Origin: an uncultured Christensenella sp. | Lineage (GTDB): Bacteria; Bacillota; Clostridia; Christensenellales; DTU072 | Direction: 5' to 3' | Length of the DNA stretch: 64,000 bases | Assembly (NCBI GenBank): GCA_964418255.1 | Contig: CAYQKV010000002.1 | Location: forward strand, 108,421 to 172,420 | Shown: positions 39,583 to 49,135 of the stretch, one piece after another | How the letters are laid out: the number at the start of each line of letters is the position of its first letter | Numbering within the stretch: the first letter of the stretch is position 1 | Program-made: the position numbers and the translations under genes | The notes under the pieces: model-generated | What the model was told of the DNA's origin: nothing | The model's database searches: none | The model's input: only the letters and a program-made list of their open reading frames with translations

Positions 39583-40410
39583 ATGGCGGAATTCGATATA
39601 GAACTTGTCGGAAAAGTGGGAAGTATGGCGCTTATAAACCGCGACCACGACGATATGGATTATAATATCATCGCGAGAATAGGGCGGTATCTTCACCCGG
39701 GAGTTATATGGGTTACGAGCGGCGCGTCGGAAATCGGGCGGCTCGACTACATAAAACGCACGGGGAAGGAATTAGATGGCGACATAGAGGAGATAAAAGC
39801 CGACTACGCCGCGCAGGGGCAGTGCGTGCTTATGACGCAGTACAGGCAGTTTATCGACAGCAAATACAGTTTGCGGCAGATACTTGTCGAGCATCAGCAT
39901 TTCAACGACGCGGCGAAACGCGAGCATCTTAAAAGGTTGCTTTTAAGGAGTTGCGAGCAGGGCGCGGTTCCGATAATTAACTACAACGACCCGGTAAACG
40001 ACGAAGAAGTGCGAAAACTCGAAATACGTTCGCTCATTCTTGCGAGGGGCAACGCCGTCGAGTGCGTCGACAACGACGAAACGGCGAGCCAGATAGCCTG
40101 CCTCGTGAAACCGAGAACGTTGGTTATTCTCACGGGAGTGGACGGTATATATAAGGATAAGGACGACAAAGAAACCCTGATTAAGGAAATCTGCGGGAGC
40201 ACCGTTTACGAAACGGTGGAAGAAGTGGAACGGTATCGCACGTTTTGCGACGGAGCGAGCAGAAAAGGCGCGCACGGAGCGAGAGCGAAACTCGGTTACG
40301 TCAAAGAACCATTGAAAAACGGCACTACGGTGTTTATCGCCAACAGCAAATACAATATCGGCGATATAATTACGGGCAAAGCGCCGTCGACCAAAATTTA
40401 CACGAGATAG
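39583..40410 (+). CDS. Amino-acid-kinase-family protein (glutamate-5-kinase/UMP-kinase-like)
   Basis: GVIWVTSGASEIGRL, PIINYNDPVNDEEVRKLEI, DNDETASQIACLVKPRTLVILTGVDGIYKD. Confidence 0.75.
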   Translation: MAEFDIELVGKVGSMALINRDHDDMDYNIIARIGRYLHPGVIWVTSGASEIGRLDYIKRTGKELDGDIEEIKADYAAQGQCVLMTQYRQFIDSKYSLRQILVEHQHFNDAAKREHLKRLLLRSCEQGAVPIINYNDPVNDEEVRKLEIRSLILARGNAVECVDNDETASQIACLVKPRTLVILTGVDGIYKDKDDKETLIKEICGSTVYETVEEVERYRTFCDGASRKGAHGARAKLGYVKEPLKNGTTVFIANSKYNIGDIITGKAPSTKIYTR

Positions 40411-40474
40411 GGCTTTCAGCCTTTGTTAAGAATAGCCGATTAGAATTAAGAAAACGGCACAGGAGGGAGAATTT

Positions 40475-41569
40475 ATGAAAAAATTCGGTAAGATTTTAAT
40501 AGCGGTCTGCGCCGCCGTTCTCGTGATTTGTTCGGTATTTACGTTTACCGCGTGCAACGCTTCGTCCGATAAAGATGGCGCGTATTCCCCTGCGGAAGAC
40601 GGGAGTTCGAACGGTGGAGACGGGCTGAATTCGATAGTAATTACCGAAGACAGACTTGTGGTTTATACCGTCGATATGGATATGACCGTCGAAGACCTGA
40701 CAAAGACGGTTAAAACCGTCAGAGCAAAATTGAAAGAAGTCGGCGGTTGGGAAAAGAATATGTCGGTCGACGGTTACGACGACAGTCAATACGCAAGTTT
40801 CGTTTTGCGGGTGCCGACCGAAAAACTTGACGAATTTCTTAACGCGATAGAAGAGGGAAACAAAGTCGGTTCCAAAAGCATACGGGGAGTAGACGTCACC
40901 GAAGAATATACGGGTGTGGAATCGAAAAAGAGAGCGTTGGAAATCGAAAAAGAAATGCTTGAAAGAATTCTCGCGGAAGAGGAACCTGATTATTCTACGA
41001 AGAAGGAAATTTATACAAGGCTCAACGAAATCGCGGCGCAAATGGATGAATATACCGCGGAAATGACGGAGTATAAAAAACAGGTCGAATACAGTACGGT
41101 TAATCTGTCCATACATAAAAATAACAGCGGAGCGAAAGAGAGTTTCTGGGACAGACTGGGCAGAGTTTTGTCGGGAAGCGGTTCCAGTCTCGGTAGCGTG
41201 TTCGGATGGATACTTACGATAATAGTCGCAATCCTGCCGTATCTCGGAGTAATAGCGGCGATATTCGGACTGTACGTTCTCATTAAGTTCATCGTGTGCA
41301 AAATCCGCAAAGTTCCGTTCACGTTGTTTGCAAAGGCAAGAGAAAGAGCGAAAGCGAGAAAGGAAATGAAACGCCGTATGGCGGAAGCGTATGAAAAACG
41401 CGAACGCAAAAGAAACGGCAAAAAAGAGGAAAAAACCGAGGAAAAACCGAAAGAAATAGAAACTTTAATCGAAACCCGAGAAACCGCGCCCGAAACGAAA
41501 GAAAGCGCAGGCGAAGAAAAGAAAGGGGAAGATAAGCCAGAAGAAACGGATAAAAACGATAACGAATAA
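40475..41569 (+). CDS. DUF4349 lipoprotein
   Basis: Lipobox FTFTACN; ITEDRLVVYTVDMDMTVEDLTKTVKTVRAKLKEVGGW...SFVLRVPTEKLDEFL; coiled coil plus C-terminal TM. Confidence 0.8.
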   Translation: MKKFGKILIAVCAAVLVICSVFTFTACNASSDKDGAYSPAEDGSSNGGDGLNSIVITEDRLVVYTVDMDMTVEDLTKTVKTVRAKLKEVGGWEKNMSVDGYDDSQYASFVLRVPTEKLDEFLNAIEEGNKVGSKSIRGVDVTEEYTGVESKKRALEIEKEMLERILAEEEPDYSTKKEIYTRLNEIAAQMDEYTAEMTEYKKQVEYSTVNLSIHKNNSGAKESFWDRLGRVLSGSGSSLGSVFGWILTIIVAILPYLGVIAAIFGLYVLIKFIVCKIRKVPFTLFAKARERAKARKEMKRRMAEAYEKRERKRNGKKEEKTEEKPKEIETLIETRETAPETKESAGEEKKGEDKPEETDKNDNE

Positions 41570-41575
41570 AGGTTA

Positions 41576-41606
41576 AAAACGTCCGCCTGATAGCGGACGT
41601 TTTTTG
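41576..41606 (+). terminator. Intrinsic terminator
   Basis: AAAAACGTCCGC-CTGATA-GCGGACGTTTTTT. Confidence 0.8.
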
Positions 41607-41621
41607 TAAAACGGAGGGAAT

Positions 41622-42614
41622 ATGCCCAAAAGCGAGCATCAGAAACTGAAAGCGTTGGTTTTACTCGACGTGTTACGGACGTATACCGACGAAGAACACC
41701 CTATGTCTACAAACGAGATAATAGCGAAACTCGCGGAACTCGGGATAGAGACGGGGAGAAAGGCGTTGTACGACGATATAGCCGCGCTTAATTCGTTCGG
41801 GTACGAGGTTATGACGGTCAAGTCGAGAAGCAATCTTTATTACGTCGCAGACAGGAGATTCGACCCCGCGGAGCTTCGTATACTGATGGACGCGGTTATT
41901 TCCGCGGATTTTATAACCGAAAAGAAAACCGCCGTGCTTACGAAAAAAATTGCGGAAACGGCGGGCGTGCACAGAGCGAAAATTATGACGAAAAACGTCG
42001 TTTATTCGGACACTTCGAAACATACGAATGAAAAAGTATACTACTCCGTAGACGCGGCGGACAGGGCGATTGCCTCGGGTAAAAAACTCGAATTTCGATA
42101 TTTCGACCTCGATTGCCACGGACAGAGACAGTACAGAAAAAACGGAGAAAAGTATATTGTCAACCCCGTTGCGCTGATTTTCAACGAGAACAAGTATTAT
42201 CTCACTTGCTATAACGACAAATATATGAATATTTCCAACTACCGTATAGACAGAATGGACGACGTGGCGGTTACTGAAGCGCCGATTACGCCATCGCACG
42301 ATATGGAAGAATTCAACGTAAACAGGCATAGAAAACAGGCGTTTTCTATGTATTGCGGAAAGACGGAAAAAGTGACTTTTGCCGTGGAAAGCGACGCGCT
42401 CGACGTTGTTTTCGACCGTTTCGGAGAGAAAACGCGCTTTTCTTACTACGGCGACAAATTTAAGTTCGGAGCGAACGTACAGATAAGCCCGACTTTTTAT
42501 GCCTGGTGCGCCTCATTGGGAACAAAACTCAAAATACTCTCGCCGACAGAGGTTGCGGAAGGGTATTCCGATTACCTTAAAAAAATAGTAGGCTTGTACG
42601 ACGAGAAACCATAA
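41622..42614 (+). CDS. WYL-domain transcriptional regulator
   Basis: N-terminal winged helix MSTNEIIAKLAELGIETGRKALYDDIAAL; C-terminal region VNPVALIFNENKYYLTCYNDKYMNISNYRIDRM. Confidence 0.8.
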   Translation: MPKSEHQKLKALVLLDVLRTYTDEEHPMSTNEIIAKLAELGIETGRKALYDDIAALNSFGYEVMTVKSRSNLYYVADRRFDPAELRILMDAVISADFITEKKTAVLTKKIAETAGVHRAKIMTKNVVYSDTSKHTNEKVYYSVDAADRAIASGKKLEFRYFDLDCHGQRQYRKNGEKYIVNPVALIFNENKYYLTCYNDKYMNISNYRIDRMDDVAVTEAPITPSHDMEEFNVNRHRKQAFSMYCGKTEKVTFAVESDALDVVFDRFGEKTRFSYYGDKFKFGANVQISPTFYAWCASLGTKLKILSPTEVAEGYSDYLKKIVGLYDEKP

Positions 42615-42700
42615 ACCGAAAAACGCGAAAATATCGCGTTTTTTTCGCCGAAACGAAGATATAAGTTACTTTTATTTTACGGGGCGACGGGAAAAAAGCG

Positions 42701-42729
42701 TTGACAGCGGTTGATGACGGAATTATAAT
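42701..42729 (+). promoter_or_regulatory. Sigma70-type promoter
   Basis: TTGACA (42701-42706), 17 bp, TATAAT (42724-42729). Confidence 0.8.
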
Positions 42730-42743
42730 TTGAATAATAAATC

Positions 42744-42878
42744 AATTCTTTGGGTGGGTAACCAACCGGCGGTAATGCCGCTTTGCGTCAAAAGCGAACG
42801 CGGACGAGTCCGACAGCCCCAGCAGCCGATGCGGTGAGATTCCGCAACCGCCTGTAAAGTCAGAATGGGAAAGAATGT
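42744..42878 (+). promoter_or_regulatory. FMN riboswitch (RFN element)
   Basis: ATTCTTTGGGTGGGTAACCAACCGGCGGTAATGCCG...GAGTCCGACAGCCCCAGCAGCCGATGCGGTGAGATTCCGCAACCGCCTGTAAAGTCAGAATGGGAAAGAAT. Confidence 0.85.
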
Positions 42879-42956
42879 CATATCACGGTGTATATGTTTG
42901 TGCGCGCGTTCGTACATTCTTTTTCGGTAAGATTTTACCCCGAAGCGGAGGGTAAT

Positions 42957-43577
42957 ATGAAAAAAATGTCGAACAAAGCCATTCTCACTACAAAAGTCAT
43001 TGCGTACGCCGCAGTAAGCGCGGCGGCGGTAATGGTAGCCACGCTGCTCGGTTTTTCTTCCGCGCAGTTTTATTTTAACCTCGGGGATTCGGTTATTTTA
43101 ATCGTTTCCGCGATTTTCGGACCTGTTATCGGTATGTTTGCGGGCGGAATAGGGAGTTTCTTCGCGGATTTGGCGGTATATCCCGTCACAATGTTTTATA
43201 CGCTTATAATCAAAGGGCTGGAAGGACTTATAGTCGGCTTACTTATAAAACTCGTCAAAAAATTCGTAAAGAAAAAACCGCTTAATATAACCTTGTCGAT
43301 AGCTTCGATGGCGCTCGGCGCATACCTTATGATGACGGGCTATTTTATCTGCCAGACTTTCTTTTACGGAAGTTACGCTTCCGCGCTCGTCGCGCTTCCT
43401 ATGGACGCGGTGCAAGCTACCGTATCCCTTTTCGTCGCGTCAATCGCATTGTATCCGCTTAAACTCATAGATAAAAGCGACAAGGTCTTTTCCGTTAAAT
43501 CGCTTGACGAAAAGATTAAAAAAGAAAAAACCGCGAAAGAAAAATTTGATGAAACAGAAAACTCTGACAATAAATAA
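42957..43577 (+). CDS. ECF transporter S component, probably riboflavin
   Basis: FYFNLGDSVILIVSAIFGPVIGMFAGGIGSFFADLAVYPVTMFYTLIIKGLEGLIVG; located behind the FMN riboswitch. Confidence 0.8.
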   Translation: MKKMSNKAILTTKVIAYAAVSAAAVMVATLLGFSSAQFYFNLGDSVILIVSAIFGPVIGMFAGGIGSFFADLAVYPVTMFYTLIIKGLEGLIVGLLIKLVKKFVKKKPLNITLSIASMALGAYLMMTGYFICQTFFYGSYASALVALPMDAVQATVSLFVASIALYPLKLIDKSDKVFSVKSLDEKIKKEKTAKEKFDETENSDNK

Positions 43578-43596
43578 CCGTTACTTAAAATGTATT

Positions 43597-43914
43597 TTAG
43601 GGTAACGGTTTAACCGAGTACAGGTCATCAAAATAGATTTTGGAAGTTGTTGTTTGAATAAAGCCGACGTTGACGTCTATTGATTTTACCACGTATACGT
43701 CGGTGACGTAGTTGCCTCCGATATAGTGAGTTATTTCCGCGGAAGAACCTTTTTTGAGGGTACTAAGCGCGTCGGAAATTTCTTTTTGCTGAGTTTCCGA
43801 AAGCACGGCGCGTTCTACGCGAGTTCGCATACGTTCGCGACGAAGAAGTTCTTCGCGCAAGCCTTTAAGCGCGTCGAAAGGAAGAAACTGTTTAGCTCGG
43901 TCGGTTCTATTCAC
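43597..43914 (-). CDS. YolD-like protein
   Basis: NRTDRAKQFLPFDALKGLREELLRRERMR; overlaps the polymerase gene. Confidence 0.7.
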   Translation of the reverse strand: MNRTDRAKQFLPFDALKGLREELLRRERMRTRVERAVLSETQQKEISDALSTLKKGSSAEITHYIGGNYVTDVYVVKSIDVNVGFIQTTTSKIYFDDLYSVKPLP

Positions 43915-45169
43915 CGTTGTGTCCTCCGATTAAAGTATTGCGTTTTCTCGTCGTGGCTTCGTCTCTGAGGTCTATGCCGCGTAAAATTGAGTTTTTGCCG
44001 AATTTATCTTTGATGTCGAGGACGGCGGTTTCCGCGCTTTTTTCTTTGTTGATTTTATCCACGTCCGTTAGAAGCCCGTAGTTTTCGAATTCGTCGGACA
44101 CGACCGACCCGAAATCGACGCTAAGTCGCCGTATGGGCGCGTTTTTTCGCGTGGTTTTGCGGAAAAGTTCGGTAAAATACGGAAGCAGAACGGAAAACGA
44201 CGAAGTGTGCTCGCTTATTTTTGCAGACCCTCCCGTCGAGGGCAGTTCGTCGGACGAATATCCGACGTAAAACGCTATTCTGTCGGTAACCGCCTTTCTC
44301 CGCATAAGTTCCTGACAGCCGGAAAGCACCATTTCTTTCATAACGGTTTCCGCTTTGTTGTAGTCGTAGTCTTCGAAAAGTATCTGCGAAAAGGATACCG
44401 AAGTGTTTTTCCGTTTATATGCTTTTATGTCCGCCATCGTGCAGGACTCCCTGCCGTAGGCGTGGTCTATAAGCAGTTCCGCGTTTACCCCGAATTCTTC
44501 GTACAACGCCTGTTCGGGGTAGGCGGCGATGTCTTTCATCGTGTAAATTTTTCTCTTTCGCAGTCGTTGAGCCGTGCCGCGCGCGATTTGCCAGAAATCG
44601 GTTATCGGCGTGTGGTTCCATAAGGTTTTTTGATACAAATTTTCATCAAGATAACCTATTCCGTCGGGAGTTTTTTTTGCCGTTATGTCGAGGGCGACTT
44701 TGGCAAGGTAGAGATTCGTGCCGATACCTGCCGTGGCGGGGATATTTTTGCGGGTGCGGATTTCTTCTATCAGGCGTTCGGCAAAGGCGCGGGGTTTGGT
44801 TTTATAGACCGAGAGATAGCGGGTCGCGTCGAGGAAACATTCGTCGATGGAATAAACGTGAATGTCGTCGGGGGAGAAGAAATCGAGATAAATATCGTAA
44901 ATATCCGCGGCGTATTCGATGTATTTTTTCATACGGGGTTTGGCGATGATAAAGTCCGCGCCCGCGGGGATTTCGAAAAGGCGGCATCTGTTTTTTACGC
45001 CCATAGCTTTGAGCTTCGGAGAAACCGCAAGACAGAGCGCGCCGCGACCGCGCGTTTCGTCGGCGACGACAAGACAGGTTTTCATAGGGTCGAGCCCGCG
45101 TTCGGCGCATTCCACCGACGCGAAGAAAGATTTCATATCTATACAGAAGTAAATGCGGCTTTCGTCCAT
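43907..45169 (-). CDS. Y-family DNA polymerase (UmuC/DinB-like)
   Basis: YFCIDMKSFFASVECAERGLDPMKTCLVVAD, VYSIDECFLDATRYL, GIGTNLYLAKVALDITAKK. Confidence 0.9.
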   Translation of the reverse strand: MDESRIYFCIDMKSFFASVECAERGLDPMKTCLVVADETRGRGALCLAVSPKLKAMGVKNRCRLFEIPAGADFIIAKPRMKKYIEYAADIYDIYLDFFSPDDIHVYSIDECFLDATRYLSVYKTKPRAFAERLIEEIRTRKNIPATAGIGTNLYLAKVALDITAKKTPDGIGYLDENLYQKTLWNHTPITDFWQIARGTAQRLRKRKIYTMKDIAAYPEQALYEEFGVNAELLIDHAYGRESCTMADIKAYKRKNTSVSFSQILFEDYDYNKAETVMKEMVLSGCQELMRRKAVTDRIAFYVGYSSDELPSTGGSAKISEHTSSFSVLLPYFTELFRKTTRKNAPIRRLSVDFGSVVSDEFENYGLLTDVDKINKEKSAETAVLDIKDKFGKNSILRGIDLRDEATTRKRNTLIGGHNGE

Positions 45170-45291
45170 ATAAGAATTATCCCCGATTATTGAAATTATA
45201 CCCCACGGTTGAATTCGGGTCAACAGGTAAAAGAGAGAAACGTTCGTTTGATGCTCGACATATAAATATATAAAAGGAGGTAACGGAAAAA

Positions 45292-45780
45292 ATGGAATGT
45301 TTATATAAATCGGATTTGCCGTATCCGGAAGTAGCGGCGGGGAAAAGTCCGTTCGAAGTCAGACTGCTGATGCCCGTATACGGCGGCAAAACAAGCGAAA
45401 CCACCGCAATTATGGGGTACATATTTCAAAGTTACGCGCTAGGGGATAAAGAACCGGAGATTTCCAAATGTCTGGAAAAAATCGCAATAAGCGAGATGCG
45501 TCATCACGATATGCTGGGAACGGCAATCGTAAGGCTCGGCGGCGTGCCGTATATAGGAGACAACCGCGGGTTCTGGCAAGGCGGGTTTGTCAATTATATG
45601 CTTAATCCCAAAGAGATGATTCAGTCGGACATCAACGGCGAAAAAGAAGCGATACGGGGCTACAGGGACGTCATACGACTGTCGAAGAACGACGAGATAA
45701 AAGCGCTTATAGAACGCATAATAATCGACGAGGAAATACATATAGAAACCCTCGAAAGCATATTGCGTTCGCTTTTATAA
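45292..45780 (+). CDS. Ferritin-like domain protein
   Basis: YIFQSYALGDKEPEISKCLEKIAISEMRHHDMLGTAIVRLGG ... ERIIIDEEIHIETLE (ExxH pairs). Confidence 0.75.
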   Translation: MECLYKSDLPYPEVAAGKSPFEVRLLMPVYGGKTSETTAIMGYIFQSYALGDKEPEISKCLEKIAISEMRHHDMLGTAIVRLGGVPYIGDNRGFWQGGFVNYMLNPKEMIQSDINGEKEAIRGYRDVIRLSKNDEIKALIERIIIDEEIHIETLESILRSLL

Positions 45781-45838
45781 AACATATCCGGAAGGGCGCG
45801 GGATAAAATTTTGCAAGAAGTAAATAGGTTAAGACGGC

Positions 45839-45871
45839 GGGCTGTTCGTTTAATGCGAACAGCCCGTTTTT
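45839..45871 (+). terminator. Intrinsic terminator
   Basis: GGGCTGTTCG-TTTAATG-CGAACAGCCCGTTTTT. Confidence 0.8.
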
Positions 45872-46000
45872 CATACGGATTTTTATATTTTGACGTTTCC
45901 CTTCGAATTCCGTAGAAAGTATTTTATAAATCGCTATTGAAATAAACCGTGCAAAATGATAAAATCATAGGGAAAGCCATAAAGTGCAAGGAGAGAAAAG

Positions 46001-47569
46001 ATGAAAAAAGCGAAAAATTTAAGTACCGTTCGGAATAAAGTTACGGCGTGCGTGGTAGCGCTCTTTGCGTTTATCGCGCCGTGGATTTTTTATTCCTGTC
46101 GGGTGGGATACGTTTTTATAGACAGTTATACTTTCTCGGGTTTGAGTATGACGCTGTTTTTTATAATGGTATTTAACGCGCTTGTTGCGGCGGCAAACGC
46201 GTTTTTATTGCTGACCGGTTTGGAAAGAGTTCCCGAGGGAAAGAAAGAGAAACTGCCGCTTATAGCAAAAGGCGTGTGGATTTCGGAAATCGTCGTCTCA
46301 ATTCTTACGGCTTTGTTCACGGTCGCGTGGGTCGTGTTTTTTGTAGTGCTCGGGGAAGAATCTTCGCCTCTTGCGGGGAGAATGCTCGCCTCGGTTGCGC
46401 CTTATATGGCGATTACTTTCTGCGCCGTGTTTTTCGCGTTGTTCTTCCCCGCGGTTAAAAACGGAAAAGCAAGGCTTACGGTATTGTGTTTTTGCGTTGT
46501 CGCAGGTATAATCGGTCTTACAAGCGCGATTTTTCCCTTCGGAAAGTTTGAATTTATCTCCGACCCCGCGGTCATCGACACGGGAGACGGATATTCGGTT
46601 GTTTTTGCGCTTTCGGATACCGGAACAGGATATATAGAATACGAATTCGGCGGAAAAGAGTATAGAATATACAATGAGGACGGCGGACGGAAAGTGAACG
46701 CGAGGATACATAGTTTTACCGTTCCGTACGAAGCGGCGGCAAGCGGCTATAAGGTAGGAGCGACGCGGGTGACAGACGAGCTTACTTACGGCGGGAGGGT
46801 CGGAAAGAGCATAGAGAGCGGCGAGTACGAAATCAAGCCGATTAAGGGCGAAGAACAGAAATATTTATGTGTGTCCGACTGGCATACGGAGTTGAAAAAG
46901 GCGAAAAAAACCGCGGGATATATAAGCGGATACGACGGAATAATTCTGCTCGGAGACGCGGCGGCGGGTTTGCAATACGAAGAGGAAGCCGCGGAATACG
47001 TGGTGGGATTTGCGGGCGACCTGTCAAAGGGCAGCGTACCGATAATTTACGCGAGAGGAAATCACGAAACAAGGGGAGCGTATGCGTCCGAACTTAGGGA
47101 CGCGCTCAATCTTAAAGAATTTTATACGGATATAAAGGTGGGAAATTATCGATTCATCGTGCTTGATTCGGCGGAGGATAAAGAGGACGGACACGCGGAA
47201 TACGGACAAATGGCGGATTATTCGGCTTATAGGGAAAGAATGGTTGAATTTCTCGAAGGGCTCAACGCGGAAGAGGGGGAGAAAATCGTCGTTATATGCC
47301 ACGATTATAAAATATGTCGGGAAGAGGAATTGTCGGAAAGAGCGCTTGCAAAACTCGGAAATTTAGGCGCGACGGTAATTCTTTGCGGACACTATCACGA
47401 AGTGGGGTTCGGAGAAATCGGCGGGATACCGTATTTTATCGACGGGGGTAAAACGGACGAAGGGTTTATCGTAAGCGAAGTCAGGATAAGAGAAAGCGGA
47501 ATAACGATGACGGCGATAGACGAAGACGGAAAAACGGTCGATAGTTATAAAATAGACGAGTGGAAGTAA
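46001..47569 (+). CDS. Membrane-anchored calcineurin-like metallophosphoesterase
   Basis: YLCVSDWHTE, GIILLGDAA, IIYARGNHETRG, VICHDYK, ILCGHYHEVG. Confidence 0.85.
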   Translation: MKKAKNLSTVRNKVTACVVALFAFIAPWIFYSCRVGYVFIDSYTFSGLSMTLFFIMVFNALVAAANAFLLLTGLERVPEGKKEKLPLIAKGVWISEIVVSILTALFTVAWVVFFVVLGEESSPLAGRMLASVAPYMAITFCAVFFALFFPAVKNGKARLTVLCFCVVAGIIGLTSAIFPFGKFEFISDPAVIDTGDGYSVVFALSDTGTGYIEYEFGGKEYRIYNEDGGRKVNARIHSFTVPYEAAASGYKVGATRVTDELTYGGRVGKSIESGEYEIKPIKGEEQKYLCVSDWHTELKKAKKTAGYISGYDGIILLGDAAAGLQYEEEAAEYVVGFAGDLSKGSVPIIYARGNHETRGAYASELRDALNLKEFYTDIKVGNYRFIVLDSAEDKEDGHAEYGQMADYSAYRERMVEFLEGLNAEEGEKIVVICHDYKICREEELSERALAKLGNLGATVILCGHYHEVGFGEIGGIPYFIDGGKTDEGFIVSEVRIRESGITMTAIDEDGKTVDSYKIDEWK

Positions 47570-47623
47570 AAAACGAGCAAGGAAGTTTTTCGAAAATTTT
47601 GCAAATTTTTGAAAAATACCCCC

Positions 47624-47652
47624 TTGACAGAAAATGAAGGATACAATATACT
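47624..47652 (+). promoter_or_regulatory. Sigma70-type promoter of the HU gene
   Basis: TTGACA, 17 bp, TATACT. Confidence 0.75.
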
Positions 47653-47765
47653 GAAATTGAGGGAAACGTCGGAATAAACGCCGATTATCCCCGAAAAGCA
47701 GGAGAAAACGGATAAGCGGGCGACGCAAAAACCGATTCTTAATACATAATTTGGAGGAAAGTATA

Positions 47766-48041
47766 ATGAACAAAAAAGAATTTGTCAAGGCAATCGCCAA
47801 GGAAATGGACGCGTCCAACCAGGTTGCGGAAAAGGCATACGACGCATTTGTGGCGGCGGTAACCAACGCGCTTAAAGACGGCGACAAAATTCAGCTTGCG
47901 GGATTCGGCACGTTCGAAGTGAAAGAAGTGCCGGCAAAAACGGGAATAAACCCGCGTACGCAGGAAAAAGTAGAAATCCCCGCGTCGAAAAAACCGGTGC
48001 TTAAATTCGGAAAAGCATACAAAGAGATAATCAATAAATAA
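47766..48041 (+). CDS. hup: HU family DNA-binding protein
   Basis: MNKKEFVKAIAKEMDASNQVAEKAYDAF...LAGFGTFEVKEVPAKTGINPRTQEKVEIPASKKPVLKFGKAYK. Confidence 0.95.
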   Translation: MNKKEFVKAIAKEMDASNQVAEKAYDAFVAAVTNALKDGDKIQLAGFGTFEVKEVPAKTGINPRTQEKVEIPASKKPVLKFGKAYKEIINK

Positions 48042-48081
48042 GATTTTTACGCAAGATAGTCGATTTCCATATTCAGATTTG

Positions 48082-48114
48082 GCAATGAGTTCGGGAAAAC
48101 TCCGAACTCATTTC
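48082..48114 (+). terminator. Terminator of hup
   Basis: ATGAGTTCGG-gaaaactc-CGAACTCATTT. Confidence 0.65.
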
Positions 48115-48281
48115 ATTTACAAAAGGAAGCGAAACATACCGTTCCGCTTTCGGTTATTTGTACTATAAAATATCGTATCAACCCACCCGCCCGCCCGAAT
48201 TGCTTTTCTTCTTTATCCGCTTCCGGGGTTTAATAAGGAGTCTCCCCTTATTTCGTGAAAGGGTGTAGGGAATTCATATTC

Positions 48282-48474
48282 AAAAAGCGAAAACTACGTT
48301 TTTCGTTTTTTGCCCTTATGGAAATAATTAAGGGGAGTGAACCCCTTGCGGACTTAAATGAAAAGGAAGTCGGTACGAATTCATTCATTATGAGTCCGAC
48401 TTGCGCGGATATAAGGTTTTATCGGCACAAAGCGTAGCGACTGGCGGAAAATCTCCGCGCAACGACTGGTCGGA
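48282..48474 (+). repeat. Structured intergenic element, copy R3
   Basis: AAAAAGCGAAAAC...GTTTTTCGTTTTTTGCCCTTATGG...AAGGGGAGTGAACCCCTTGCGGAC...GTCCGACTTGCGCGGATAT...TCCGCGCAACGACTGGTCGGA. Confidence 0.8.
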
Positions 48475-48498
48475 TAAAACAGATAATAAAGCCAATGC

Positions 48499-48527
48499 TT
48501 GACATATTGCGCGTCATTATATATAAT
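48499..48527 (+). promoter_or_regulatory. Consensus sigma70-type promoter of rplI
   Basis: TTGACA, 17 bp, TATAAT. Confidence 0.8.
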
Positions 48528-48556
48528 TTAGTGGAAAAAACTTACGGAGAATCAGT

Positions 48557-48997
48557 ATGAAAGTCATATTATTGCAAGACGTTAAACCCTTAGGCAAAAA
48601 AGGCGACATAGCCGAAGTGAACGACGGATACGCGAAGAATTTTCTCATACCTAAGAAAATGGCGACGGCGGCGACCAAAGACGCGCAGAACGAACGCAAT
48701 CAGCGTATAGCCAACGAAGAGAAGAGAAAAGCGGAAGAAAAAGCCGAGGCGTTGGCGTTATACGCGAAAATTAACGGAGCGACGGTAAAAGTGCCCGTCA
48801 AATGCTTCGAAGGAAAGATGTACGGAAGCGTAACCGCGGCGGACGTTGCGAACGGGCTGGCGCAGATGGGTTTTACCGTAGACAAGAAGAAAATAACCGT
48901 GCCTTCCTCGATAAAGAACGTGGGAGAATACGACGCCGAAGTATGGTGCTATAAAGAAACGGTGGCGAAAATCCGTATCGCGGTCGTAGCGGAGTAG
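48557..48997 (+). CDS. rplI: 50S ribosomal protein L9
   Basis: [36 protein letters not shown]. Confidence 0.95.
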   Translation: MKVILLQDVKPLGKKGDIAEVNDGYAKNFLIPKKMATAATKDAQNERNQRIANEEKRKAEEKAEALALYAKINGATVKVPVKCFEGKMYGSVTAADVANGLAQMGFTVDKKKITVPSSIKNVGEYDAEVWCYKETVAKIRIAVVAE

Positions 48998-49135
48998 TTT
49001 TTTAACAGAAAAACCGGTTTTTTAAGTAAGAATTCGGACGCGCCGCATTTTTGCGGCGTTTTTCTTTATCAAACCTTGAAAAACCTCGGTTATCTTTACA
49101 AAAAAAGCAAAGTGCGGTATAATTACGTAGACAAA

